From positions 9,531 to 73,530 of the forward strand of contig JBAYIC010000001.1 in the NCBI GenBank assembly GCA_041665845.1: DNA of 64,000 nucleotides, read 5' to 3'. Positions 28,750 to 37,077 of the stretch are shown piece by piece. Numbering within the stretch: position 1 is the stretch's first letter; each line of letters opens with the position of its first letter. This DNA is from Patescibacteria group bacterium (GTDB lineage Bacteria; Patescibacteriota; Patescibacteriia; Patescibacteriales; UBA12465). A program made the translations under genes and the position numbers. A model generated the notes under the pieces. The model ran no database searches and was not told the DNA's origin. It saw nothing but the letters and a program-made list of their open reading frames with translations.

Positions 28750-29208
28750 TTAAACGCCTTCGTAGATCTTAATTTCTTGACCCTTAGCTAAGGTAACTAT
28801 CGCTTTTTTCCAATCTTTTCTTTGACCTCTAATTTTACCGCGACTAACGCGCTTACCTTTCATATTAACAATATTTACATCTACCGGCTTAACACCATAA
28901 ACAGCTTGTACGGCCTTAGCAACTTCTATTTTATTTGCTTTAGTAGAAACAACAAAAACATATTTATTTTCACTCGCTAAATGCGTTGCTTTCTCGGTAA
29001 TAAGCGGTTTGACTAAAAAATGGCTAGAAGCAGAATATTTTACAATCGCATTTTTACTCTTAGCAGCGCTTTTAGGGGTTTCAGTATATAAATCTTTCAT
29101 ACTCACCGCTTCGGTCTTTTCAATCTTTTTATCAGCTGAAATATCTTTAACGTTAGCAGTTGTTTTTTTATCTTCAGTTTTTGTTGTTTTAGATCCAAAT
29201 AATGCCAT
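28750..29208 (-). CDS. rplW: 50S ribosomal protein L23 (long N-terminal extension)
   Basis: The track ORF reaches 29244, inside rplD; ATG 29208 (MALFGSK) is preferred. The core is LVKPLITEKAT ... KYVFVV ... NKIEVAKAV. Confidence 0.88.
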   Translation of the reverse strand: MALFGSKTTKTEDKKTTANVKDISADKKIEKTEAVSMKDLYTETPKSAAKSKNAIVKYSASSHFLVKPLITEKATHLASENKYVFVVSTKANKIEVAKAVQAVYGVKPVDVNIVNMKGKRVSRGKIRGQRKDWKKAIVTLAKGQEIKIYEGV

Positions 29209-29212
29209 ATTT

Positions 29213-29863
29213 TTATTTATTATAGCGTTTGGTAAAAGCTTCAACCGCTTTTTCCGTGAGCAGTAAATTCTTATGATTTAACAAATCAATCAAATTGATA
29301 TTTTCTAAATTAATCATCTTAACACCAACTAAATTGCGACCGGAATATTTTACTTTTTCATCCTTAGAATCATTAACAACTAAAATATTTCGTCTTTCAC
29401 TATTTAAAACTTTCTTTTCCATAGTGCTAAGAATTTCATTAAACTTCTTAGTTTTAAAATCCGCAATTTCTAAAGTATCAATTACCGCTAAAGCATTACT
29501 TTTAACGCGGTCTGATAGAACCATGAAGATTGCCTTCTGTTTCATCTTTTGATTTATTTTCTGTTTAAAATTACGATCTTTAGTCGGACCAAAAGTTACA
29601 CCACCACCAATCCAAATCGGACTGCGGCTAGAACCAGCACGAGCACGTCCTGTTCCCTTTTGTTTCCAAGGCTTTTTACCACCGCCAGAAACCTCACTCC
29701 TATCTTTAGTATGAGCTAAAACCTGACGACAATTAGCCATCTGGGCAACCATCGCCTGGTGAAGTAATTCATGGTTAGGTTCTACGCCAAAAATATTAGC
29801 GCTTAATTCTAAATCCTTAATTGGTTCAGCAGTTTGGTTGTAGACTTTTATCTTTAATGACAT
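29213..29863 (-). CDS. rplD: 50S ribosomal protein L4
   Basis: SGGGKKPWKQKGTGRARAGSSRSPIWIGGGVTFGP. Confidence 0.95.
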   Translation of the reverse strand: MSLKIKVYNQTAEPIKDLELSANIFGVEPNHELLHQAMVAQMANCRQVLAHTKDRSEVSGGGKKPWKQKGTGRARAGSSRSPIWIGGGVTFGPTKDRNFKQKINQKMKQKAIFMVLSDRVKSNALAVIDTLEIADFKTKKFNEILSTMEKKVLNSERRNILVVNDSKDEKVKYSGRNLVGVKMINLENINLIDLLNHKNLLLTEKAVEAFTKRYNK

Positions 29864-29888
29864 ATGATCTCAATTTACTAATTACTAA

Positions 29889-30656
29889 TTATGAAGCAAC
29901 TTCCTCAGTTTTAACTTCCTCGGTTTTAACCTCTTCCGGCTTTTCTTCTGTTTCAACTACATCTTCTTTTACCTCGACTTCAGCTGGAGCAATTTCTTCA
30001 GTTGCAACTTCAGCAACAACCGGTTTTACGTTAACTTTTAATTCACCTTCGGAATTTATTAAAACTAAACCATTAATAGCTCCTGGAATAGCGCCCTTAA
30101 TGAAAATTAAATTATTTTCAACATCAACTTTAATTATTTCTAAATTGGTAGTAGTTACTCTTTCTCCGCCCATACGTCCACCCATACGAGTACCTTTAAA
30201 AACACGGGCTGGACCTTTAGGACCAATAGAACCAGGCATTCTTTCTTGATCTTTATTACCATGAGTTTTTCTAAAACCATGGAAATGATGACGTTTAACT
30301 ACACCTTGAAAACCTTTACCTTTAGAAGTTCCGGTTACATTAATTTTATCGCCAACGGCAAAAGTTTCAACATTAATTACATCGCCAACCTTTAAACTAG
30401 CCACGTCAGTAGTTCTAAATTCTCTAACGTGTTTAGGCATTTTTTCCATTCCTTTAAAATGGCCAATTTGTGGTTTGTTGATATTTTTCTTTTTTCTTTC
30501 ACCATACGCTAACTGAACAGCCTCATAGCCATCAGTTGCCTTAGTTTTAACTTGGGTTATTTGGCAAGGACCAGCTTGAACCGGAGTAACAGCAAATACT
30601 TTATCGCCATTCCAAACTTGAGTCATGCTCATTTTTTTTCCACTGATAAATTTCAT
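29889..30656 (-). CDS. rplC: 50S ribosomal protein L3 (acidic repetitive C-terminal tail)
   Basis: ATG 30656 (MKFISGKKMSMTQVW) is preferred, because the track start at 30704 lies over the terminator hairpin. It carries KGKGFQGVVKRH, and the tail is EEVKTEEVKTEEV. Confidence 0.93.
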   Translation of the reverse strand: MKFISGKKMSMTQVWNGDKVFAVTPVQAGPCQITQVKTKATDGYEAVQLAYGERKKKNINKPQIGHFKGMEKMPKHVREFRTTDVASLKVGDVINVETFAVGDKINVTGTSKGKGFQGVVKRHHFHGFRKTHGNKDQERMPGSIGPKGPARVFKGTRMGGRMGGERVTTTNLEIIKVDVENNLIFIKGAIPGAINGLVLINSEGELKVNVKPVVAEVATEEIAPAEVEVKEDVVETEEKPEEVKTEEVKTEEVAS

Positions 30657-30676
30657 ATAGTTCTTCTTCAATACAC

Positions 30677-30700
30677 AAAAAAACTGGTTTAATAAACCAG
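30677..30700 (-). terminator. terminator/attenuator-like hairpin between rpsJ and rplC
   Basis: Minus strand CTGGTTTA-T-TAAACCAG (30700-30684) followed by TTTTTTT (30683-30677), about 20 nt before the rplC ATG. Confidence 0.55.
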
Positions 30701-30863
30701 CCAAAAAACAAAAAATTAAGAATAAAACAAAGGTTTTATTTATTAACTATAAGTTTACTCGCTGATTTACCTCCAAATTTTGCTGATTTTAGCCTAGATA
30801 CTTTCTTATACAAGAGTTATTTAGACCGCTAACAACAAAGATTATTATTACTTTTTTATACTA

Positions 30864-31199
30864 CTACATTTTTATTTCTACGTCAACCCCAGCCGGAAGA
30901 TTCAAATTCGTCAAATCTTCAATGGTTTTAGCGCTCGGGTCAATAATATCAATCATCCTCTTGTGGATACGCATTTCGTACTGATCTCTAGCATCTTTGT
31001 GCACAAAAGTAGACCGGTTAACAGTATATTTTCTCTTCTCAATCGGAAGCGGTATTGGTCCAAAAAATTGGGCGTCAGAACGCTCGATTGTTTCAATGAT
31101 AGTCTTGGTGGATTGATCAATAATTTTATGGTCAAATGCCTTAATCTTGATTCTTATCCTCTGTTTAAATTCTTTTTCGTCTTTTTTGTGTTCGGACAT
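30864..31199 (-). CDS. rpsJ: 30S ribosomal protein S10
   Basis: [10 protein letters not shown] ... GPIPLP ... [19 protein letters not shown]. Confidence 0.95.
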   Translation of the reverse strand: MSEHKKDEKEFKQRIRIKIKAFDHKIIDQSTKTIIETIERSDAQFFGPIPLPIEKRKYTVNRSTFVHKDARDQYEMRIHKRMIDIIDPSAKTIEDLTNLNLPAGVDVEIKM

Positions 31200-31229
31200 A
31201 ATTTAATTTTTTTAAAATGATCACTACGA

Positions 31230-31255
31230 GCTTGCTCTTTTTGTTAAGAGCAAGC
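31230..31255 (-). other. 10-bp intercistronic stem-loop between tuf and rpsJ
   Basis: GCTTGCTCTT (31230-31239) pairs with AAGAGCAAGC (31246-31255). There is no adjacent U-tract on the minus strand, so it is not a classic terminator. Confidence 0.5.
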
Positions 31256-31263
31256 CTAAGTAA

Positions 31264-32454
31264 TTACTTTAAGATTTTAGTTACAACACCAGCACCAACA
31301 GTGCGGCCACCTTCACGAATTGTGAATCTTTGTTTTTCTTCTAAAGCAATCGGAGCAATTAATTTAATATTTAAATTAACAGTATCTCCAGGCATAACCA
31401 TTTCAGTTCCAGCTGGTAAGGCAATATCACCAGTTACATCGGTAGTCTTGAAATAGAATTGTGGTTTATAGCCATTGAAGAAAGGTTTATGACGTCCGCC
31501 TTCTTCTTTAGAAAGAATATAGACTTCAGCACCGAATTCAGTGTGTGGAGTAATAGTTCCTGGCTTACAAAGAACTTGACCTCTTTCAACTTCAGTCTTC
31601 TTAGTACCACGAAGAAGTAAACCAGCATTATCTCCAGCTTGACCTTGATCAAGTTGCTTGTTAAACATCTCAACTCCAGTAACGGTAGTCTTCTTAGTAT
31701 CCATTAAACCAACAATTTCAACTTCATCACCAATTTTGATGATACCTCTTTCAATACGACCGGTAACAACTGTACCGCGGCCTTCAATTGAAAAGATATC
31801 TTCAATCGGCATTAAGAAAGGATGGTCAATATCTCTAACTGGTTCTGGGATAAATTCATCAAGTTGCTTCATAAGTTCCATTAAAGGTTCAGCATCTGGA
31901 CCGGTTGGATTTTCTAGAGCCTTTAAAGCACTACCTCTGATAATTGGAGTAGTATCTCCTGGGAATTCATATTTCTTCAATAAATCACGAATTTCTTCTT
32001 CAACAAGGTCGATAAGTTCAATATCTTCAACCATATCGCACTTATTTAAGAAAACAATGATATAAGGAACGCCAACCTGACGAGCTAATAAGATATGTTC
32101 TCTAGTTTGAGGCATAGGGCCATCAGTTGCAGAAACAACTAAAATTGCACCGTCCATTTGAGCGGCACCAGTAATCATGTTTTTAACATAATCGGCGTGA
32201 CCAGGACAATCAACGTGTGCGTAATGACGTTTTTCTGATTCGTATTCTACGTGAGCAGTTGCAATAGTAATACCTCTTTCTCTCTCTTCTGGAGCAGCAT
32301 CAATTTCGCCAACTCCTTTATGAGAAGCTTTCATGCCTTTAGCGGCAAAAACGGCCAACATAGCGGCTGTTAAAGTTGTTTTTCCATGATCAACGTGGCC
32401 GATAGTACCGACGTTAACATGGGGCTTACTGCGTTCAAATTTTTCTGTTGCCAT
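31264..32454 (-). CDS. tuf: elongation factor Tu
   Basis: [23 protein letters not shown] and NKCD motifs. 396 aa. Confidence 0.98.
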   Translation of the reverse strand: MATEKFERSKPHVNVGTIGHVDHGKTTLTAAMLAVFAAKGMKASHKGVGEIDAAPEERERGITIATAHVEYESEKRHYAHVDCPGHADYVKNMITGAAQMDGAILVVSATDGPMPQTREHILLARQVGVPYIIVFLNKCDMVEDIELIDLVEEEIRDLLKKYEFPGDTTPIIRGSALKALENPTGPDAEPLMELMKQLDEFIPEPVRDIDHPFLMPIEDIFSIEGRGTVVTGRIERGIIKIGDEVEIVGLMDTKKTTVTGVEMFNKQLDQGQAGDNAGLLLRGTKKTEVERGQVLCKPGTITPHTEFGAEVYILSKEEGGRHKPFFNGYKPQFYFKTTDVTGDIALPAGTEMVMPGDTVNLNIKLIAPIALEEKQRFTIREGGRTVGAGVVTKILK

Positions 32455-32559
32455 GTTTTTGTTGTACGGCCCCCGTTTTTCACGGGGTTTCTTTCCTTAA
32501 AATAGGAAACCAGCCGAACTAAATTAATTAATTATTTTTATAAAATTTTTAATAAAAAA

Positions 32560-32895
32560 CTACTCGATATTATGCGCGTTATTCTTTACAGCCGGTGGGA
32601 TATTCCAGGTTTTTTTAACCTTATCTTCTTCTGATAATACAGGCGCATTTTCTTGATTCTTCCACATCGAGATTTCGCGATTAATTTTATCAGTTAAATC
32701 TTCTTCTGTCAAATTTTCCTTTTTCTCTGTTTTAACAATAGAATCAGGCTTTTTTTCAGGTTCATCCTTTGTTTTAACATAACTATCAAAGTCCATTACC
32801 ACATAAGCGCTATCTGGATTATTATCATCAAAAACAATTACTTTATCCCCTGTCTTTTTTATTAATTCAATAATTTTTTTAAATTGTTCTGACAT
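32560..32895 (-). CDS. hypothetical acidic protein inserted between fusA and tuf
   Basis: The track ORF begins with TTG at 32934, abutting the fusA stop; ATG 32895 (MSEQFKK) is preferred. No motif recognised. Confidence 0.45.
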   Translation of the reverse strand: MSEQFKKIIELIKKTGDKVIVFDDNNPDSAYVVMDFDSYVKTKDEPEKKPDSIVKTEKKENLTEEDLTDKINREISMWKNQENAPVLSEEDKVKKTWNIPPAVKNNAHNIE

Positions 32896-32934
32896 ATTTT
32901 TATTGATTAATTTAACTCTAATTGTTTGTTCCAA

Positions 32935-35013
32935 TTACTTACCGTTTTTTTCTTTCAAAGTTTCTAAAATATTTTTTGGTACTTCAGCATAATTAGAAAA
33001 TTCCATTACATAGTTAGCTCGGCCTTGGCTCATGGATCTAAGCGAAGTTGAGTAGCCAAACATTTCGGCAAGTGGAACTTTAGCTTTAACAACTTTAATA
33101 TTAGCGCGATCAGACATCTCTTCGATTTGACCACGTTTACTACTTAAGTCGCCAATAATATTTCCCATGTATTCTTCCGGAGTAGTAACTTCGACTTTCA
33201 TCATCGGTTCAAGTAAAACTGGACCAGCTTTTTGACAAGCATCTTTAAAAGCAAAAATACCAGCCATTTTAAAGGCGATTTCCGAAGAGTCAACTTCATG
33301 ATAAGAACCATAGAAAACAGCAACCTTAACATCAACCATTGGGTAACCAGCTAAAACACCGCTATTTAAAGCTTCTTTAACACCCTTTTCAATCGCTGGA
33401 ATATATTCACGCGGAATAACGCCGCCCTTAACTTCATCAACGAATTCATAACCCTTACCAGTCTCTTGAGGTTCAACACGTAAAGAACAATGACCATATT
33501 GACCGCGTCCTCCAGATTGCTTAACGTATTTATGTTCTGCTTCAGCGACTCTAGTAATAGTTTCGCGATATGATACTTGTGGTTTACCAACATTAGCTTC
33601 AACTCCGAACTCACGTTTCATACGATCAACAATAATTTCCAAATGAAGTTCTCCCATACCAGCAATTAAAATCTGATTAGTTTCTTCATCGGTTGTGACT
33701 CTAAAAGTTGGATCTTCTTCTGCGAGGCGTGCTAAAGCAACACCCATCTTTTCTTGATCAGCCTTAGTCTTAGGTTCAACTGCAATTTTAATAACCGGTT
33801 CTGGGAAAGTAATAGATTCAAGTAGAACAGGTTCGTCTTCAGCGCATAAAGTATTTCCAGTAGTAGTATTTTTTAAACCAATAACCGCCGCAATATCTCC
33901 GGCATAGATTTCTTTAATTTCTTCACGATGATTAGCGTGCATTCGTACTAAACGGCTGATTCTTTCCTTATTTCCGGTTGAAGAATTAACAATATATGAA
34001 CCAGATGTTAAAACACCTTGATATACGCGGACGAAACAAAGTTTACCAACAAAAGGATCGGTCGCAATTTTAAAAGCTAAACCAATAAACGGTTTGCTAT
34101 CATCAGCATTAACAGCGACTTTTTTTTCAGGATCACGAACATCATTAGCTTCAACCTGAGGGACGTCTAAAGGTGATGGCAAATAATCATTAACCGCATC
34201 AAGCGCTAATTGAACGCCAATATTTTGTAAAGCGGTTCCGCATAAAACTGGATAAATTGCATTAGCAATTACCCCTTTTCTAATGGCGGCCTTAATTTCT
34301 TCTGGAGTTATTTCTTTGCCATCTAAATATTTTTCCATGGTTGCTTCATCACATTCAACTGCTTTCTCAATAAGTTCGGCGTGGAAAGTATCAACTTTGG
34401 TTTTCATGTCTTCTGGAATTTCTATTTCTTCAATATTAACGCCAAAATGGCCAGAAAAGATATAAGCTTTTTTGGTTAAAACATCAATTACACCTTTCAA
34501 ATTATCTTCAGCTCCAATTGGAAGTTGGATAGCAACGGCCTTTTGATTTAATCTAGTCTTAATAGAATCAAGACTCATATAAAAATCAGCTCCCATCTTA
34601 TCCATTTTATTTACAAAACAAAGACGAGGAACATTATATTTATCAGCTTGGCGCCAAACAGTTTCAGACTGCGGTTCAACTCCAGCTTGGCCATCAAAAA
34701 CAGCGATTGCGCCGTCTAAAACGCGAAGTGAACGTTCTACTTCAACGGTAAAGTCAACGTGTCCAGGAGTATCAATAATATTGATTTTATTATTTTTCCA
34801 AAAACAAGTAGTTGCGGCGGAAGTAATAGTAATACCTCTTTCCTTCTCTTGTTCCATCCAATCCATTTCTGCGGCACCTTCATGAACTTCACCAATTTTA
34901 TGCTTTTTACCAGTGTAAAACAAAACACGCTCGGTAAAAGTTGTTTTGCCGGCGTCAATGTGCGCCATAATACCAATATTTCTAATATTTTCTAGAGAAT
35001 AATCACGGGCCAT
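32935..35013 (-). CDS. fusA: elongation factor G
   Basis: [22 protein letters not shown] and NKMD motifs. 692 aa. Confidence 0.98.
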   Translation of the reverse strand: MARDYSLENIRNIGIMAHIDAGKTTFTERVLFYTGKKHKIGEVHEGAAEMDWMEQEKERGITITSAATTCFWKNNKINIIDTPGHVDFTVEVERSLRVLDGAIAVFDGQAGVEPQSETVWRQADKYNVPRLCFVNKMDKMGADFYMSLDSIKTRLNQKAVAIQLPIGAEDNLKGVIDVLTKKAYIFSGHFGVNIEEIEIPEDMKTKVDTFHAELIEKAVECDEATMEKYLDGKEITPEEIKAAIRKGVIANAIYPVLCGTALQNIGVQLALDAVNDYLPSPLDVPQVEANDVRDPEKKVAVNADDSKPFIGLAFKIATDPFVGKLCFVRVYQGVLTSGSYIVNSSTGNKERISRLVRMHANHREEIKEIYAGDIAAVIGLKNTTTGNTLCAEDEPVLLESITFPEPVIKIAVEPKTKADQEKMGVALARLAEEDPTFRVTTDEETNQILIAGMGELHLEIIVDRMKREFGVEANVGKPQVSYRETITRVAEAEHKYVKQSGGRGQYGHCSLRVEPQETGKGYEFVDEVKGGVIPREYIPAIEKGVKEALNSGVLAGYPMVDVKVAVFYGSYHEVDSSEIAFKMAGIFAFKDACQKAGPVLLEPMMKVEVTTPEEYMGNIIGDLSSKRGQIEEMSDRANIKVVKAKVPLAEMFGYSTSLRSMSQGRANYVMEFSNYAEVPKNILETLKEKNGK

Positions 35014-35065
35014 ATTTTAAATTTATTTTAATTTATATTTAATGATGATTGATAATTTTATTTTT

Positions 35066-35155
35066 GAGGGAAGTTCGAGGAAAAGGTGAAGCGCGGAATG
35101 AGCCGTATAGAAATACGGCGAACGAGCACTGGAGCCTTTGACGAAGAAATTCTCC
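35066..35155 (-). other. GC-rich structured intergenic element (candidate cis-regulatory RNA or small RNA) between rpsG and fusA
   Basis: A ~90-nt island, visibly GC-richer than its AT-rich flanks. Hairpin GCCGTAT-AGAA-ATACGGC lies at 35102-35119. A second hairpin at 35131-35155 reads GGAGAAUUU-CUUCGUC-AAAGGCUCC in the mRNA sense. The strand of function is uncertain. Confidence 0.3.
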
Positions 35156-35165
35156 AAAAATAGAA

Positions 35166-35633
35166 TTATCTAGAGAAGTGAGCGAAAGCCTTGTTAGCCT
35201 CAGCCATCTTATGAACTGCTTCCCTCTTCTTCACTGCTGTTCCTTCACCATTAGAGGCATCTAGAATCTCAGTAGCAAGCTTATCAGCAGTAGCACGACC
35301 CTTTCTATCATTGGCGGCATTAATAATCCAGTTGCAACCTAAGAAATATCTTCTTTCGCCACGAACTTGAAAAGGAACTTGATAGTTAGCACCGCCGACT
35401 CTCTTACCTCTTACTTCAACAAGTGGAGAAACTTTCTTAATTGCTTTATTAAAGATATGACGTGGGTCTTGTTTAGTTTTTTCTTTTAAAATATCAAAAG
35501 CGCGGTAAACGATACTTTCAGCAACGCTCTTTTTACCTCTTTCCATGACGTAATTAATAAACTTAGCGATATTCTTATCGTTATATTTAGAATCACCTTC
35601 AATCGTTCTTTTTGGAGCTGGTTTTCCTCTCAT
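35166..35633 (-). CDS. rpsG: 30S ribosomal protein S7
   Basis: EVRGKRVGGANYQVP ... AHFS tail. 155 aa. Confidence 0.95.
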   Translation of the reverse strand: MRGKPAPKRTIEGDSKYNDKNIAKFINYVMERGKKSVAESIVYRAFDILKEKTKQDPRHIFNKAIKKVSPLVEVRGKRVGGANYQVPFQVRGERRYFLGCNWIINAANDRKGRATADKLATEILDASNGEGTAVKKREAVHKMAEANKAFAHFSR

Positions 35634-35724
35634 ATTTGTTATTTTGCGAAATTTAGCAGCTATCTAAAATCGCACTTTATTTTAACTTATTTATTAAAAT
35701 TATTATTGAAATTTTTAGTTTGAA

Positions 35725-36153
35725 TTATTTAGTAGCCGCTTTTGGTTTTTTAGCGCCATAAGAACTGCGACTCTTACGTCTTGCTTCTACGCCAGAGGCA
35801 TCGTAAACACCACGAACAACTTTATAACGAACACCAGGAAGATCTTTAGTTTTTCCACCCTTTACTAAAACGATAGAATGCTCTTGCAAATTATGACCCA
35901 TGCCTGGGATATAGGCAGTTACTTCCATTCCGTTAGATAAACGAACACGAGCAATTTTACGTAAAGCAGAGTTCGGCTTCTTTGGAGTAGTAGTAGTTAC
36001 CTTTAAACAAACGCCTTGTTTAAACGGAGCGCCTTTAGCAGTTTCCTTCTTTTTTCGGTGCAAAGAATCAAGACTAAGATGAAGAGCAATCGCGTTCTTT
36101 CTAACTTTAGTTTTCTTTCTTCCTTGCTTAACTAATTGATTGATAGTTGGCAT
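35725..36153 (-). CDS. rpsL: 30S ribosomal protein S12
   Basis: [12 protein letters not shown] ... [10 protein letters not shown] ... VRGG ... DLPGVRYK. Confidence 0.96.
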   Translation of the reverse strand: MPTINQLVKQGRKKTKVRKNAIALHLSLDSLHRKKKETAKGAPFKQGVCLKVTTTTPKKPNSALRKIARVRLSNGMEVTAYIPGMGHNLQEHSIVLVKGGKTKDLPGVRYKVVRGVYDASGVEARRKSRSSYGAKKPKAATK

Positions 36154-36271
36154 AATTTTCAGTTACGGCCCGTCTACTAGACGGACGCCTAGCGAACTTG
36201 TCTAATTACTAAATTTTAAATATTAAAATAATCCTGGATACTCAGGATCTGTGATTTTTTTATACTAATTT

Positions 36272-36300
36272 AATTTAACAAAATATAAAACATAAGTCAA
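36272..36300 (-). promoter_or_regulatory. possible rpsL (str operon) promoter
   Basis: Minus strand TTGACT (36300-36295), a 17-nt spacer, then TAAATT (36277-36272). This would give a ~110-nt leader containing two hairpins. The AT-rich context makes the call weak. Confidence 0.3.
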
Positions 36301-36380
36301 GAAGGAATAAATGAGAATAAACAGGATTTTAACGATATCCCTAAAATAGCTAAGTCATTTTTACCTAAATTAGGCTAGTC

Positions 36381-36409
36381 TTGACATAATTTTGTATTTA
36401 TGCTACAAT
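36381..36409 (+). promoter_or_regulatory. strong consensus sigma-70 promoter of the plus-strand cassette
   Basis: TTGACA (36381-36386), a 17-nt spacer, then TGcTACAAT with the extended -10 (hexamer at 36404-36409). Confidence 0.6.
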
Positions 36410-36468
36410 AATTTGAAAATAAAATGGACATTAACAACTATTATAAATTTAAAAACCTATTAGATTAA

Positions 36469-37047
36469 ATGGACTGGAACTGGCAAGTATTTTTTTGCGT
36501 GGCTATAGTTAATACCACGCTATGTTTGATGCAATTTTTGTTTCAAACGGTTGATAAAAGACGGCGGAAAATATCCCCTCGTCACTCCCTCATCCCCGGC
36601 ACAAAACAAAAATTTCTGTACTGGGAAGATTTCTATACTCAAACTTATGGGGATTTCCTCGGATTAGTCTGGGTAATGAATGGGTTCGCTCATTTATTAA
36701 TTAACGAAAAAATAGACGGACCTTTATGGATAATATTCATATTCGTCCTCTTTATTTGCAGTATGGTCGTTACGGCTGTTTGTTTAGCAAGTGATCATAA
36801 ACCCGATTGGGGTTTTCCAAAAATTGGAATGATCAGTTTAGGCGGGGCAAGCCATATTCCCTATTTCAGCTTGAATGCGGCAATGATTATTATCTGCCTA
36901 TTCCACGCTGTTATCGGGACTCTATCAGGGATGCTCCTTATAACGACTGCTACGGGCGTAGCGATATTGATGATGACGGCAATAGCCGACGTACAGGCAG
37001 GTCACTTTGACCCGCTCAACAAAGAAGAAAAAGCTGAAAAATTGTAA
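36469..37047 (+). CDS. integral membrane protein, unknown family
   Basis: 192 aa with 4-5 hydrophobic helices. Its GC-rich codon usage is unlike its neighbours. Confidence 0.6.
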   Translation: MDWNWQVFFCVAIVNTTLCLMQFLFQTVDKRRRKISPRHSLIPGTKQKFLYWEDFYTQTYGDFLGLVWVMNGFAHLLINEKIDGPLWIIFIFVLFICSMVVTAVCLASDHKPDWGFPKIGMISLGGASHIPYFSLNAAMIIICLFHAVIGTLSGMLLITTATGVAILMMTAIADVQAGHFDPLNKEEKAEKL

Positions 37048-37077
37048 AAAAACAAAAACCAAAAAAAATCGCAGAAA

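Noticed and set aside
29889-29945. Tandem ~15-nt repeats (ACTTCCTCRGTTTTA-like) looked like a possible non-coding repeat or mini-array.
   Set aside because: They lie in frame at the 3' end of rplC and encode the EEVKT repeat tail. They are not a CRISPR or intergenic repeat.
17828-32065. Long antisense ORFs from the track lie opposite highly conserved genes. Examples are 17828..18250, 19040..19471, 21816..22133, 22140..22424, 24178..24468, 25917..26198, 26717..27064, 29821..30249 and 31658..32065. Similar ones lie outside this span at 323..538, 3280..3519, 7555..7749, 8604..8807, 10777..10995, 13424..13702, 15574..15780, 34283..34465, 34759..34995, 42012..42311, 44696..44992, 46842..47054, 55891..56169, 57572..57817 and 61582..61920.
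   Set aside because: These are shadow ORFs on the opposite strand of genes with unambiguous protein motifs. Their translations are low-complexity or Ser/Leu/Phe-rich, as expected from reverse-complement frames of AT-rich coding DNA.
35098-35124. The plus-strand sequence GAGCCGTATAGAAATACGGCGAAC begins like group II intron domain V (GAGCCGUAU...). Given the RT gene elsewhere in the window, this raised the idea of an intron remnant.
   Set aside because: Only the first 9 nt match. The upper helix, the 2-nt bulge and the closing GUUC pairing of domain V are missing, and no other intron domains are apparent nearby. The RT lies 30 kb away and lacks maturase and En domains. I treat it as a simple hairpin within the rpsG-fusA element.
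36311-36349. A 12-codon ORF (MRINRILTISLK) lies in the rpsL-cassette intergenic region.
   Set aside because: It lies upstream of the predicted plus-strand promoter and has no supporting signal, so it is probably chance in AT-rich DNA.
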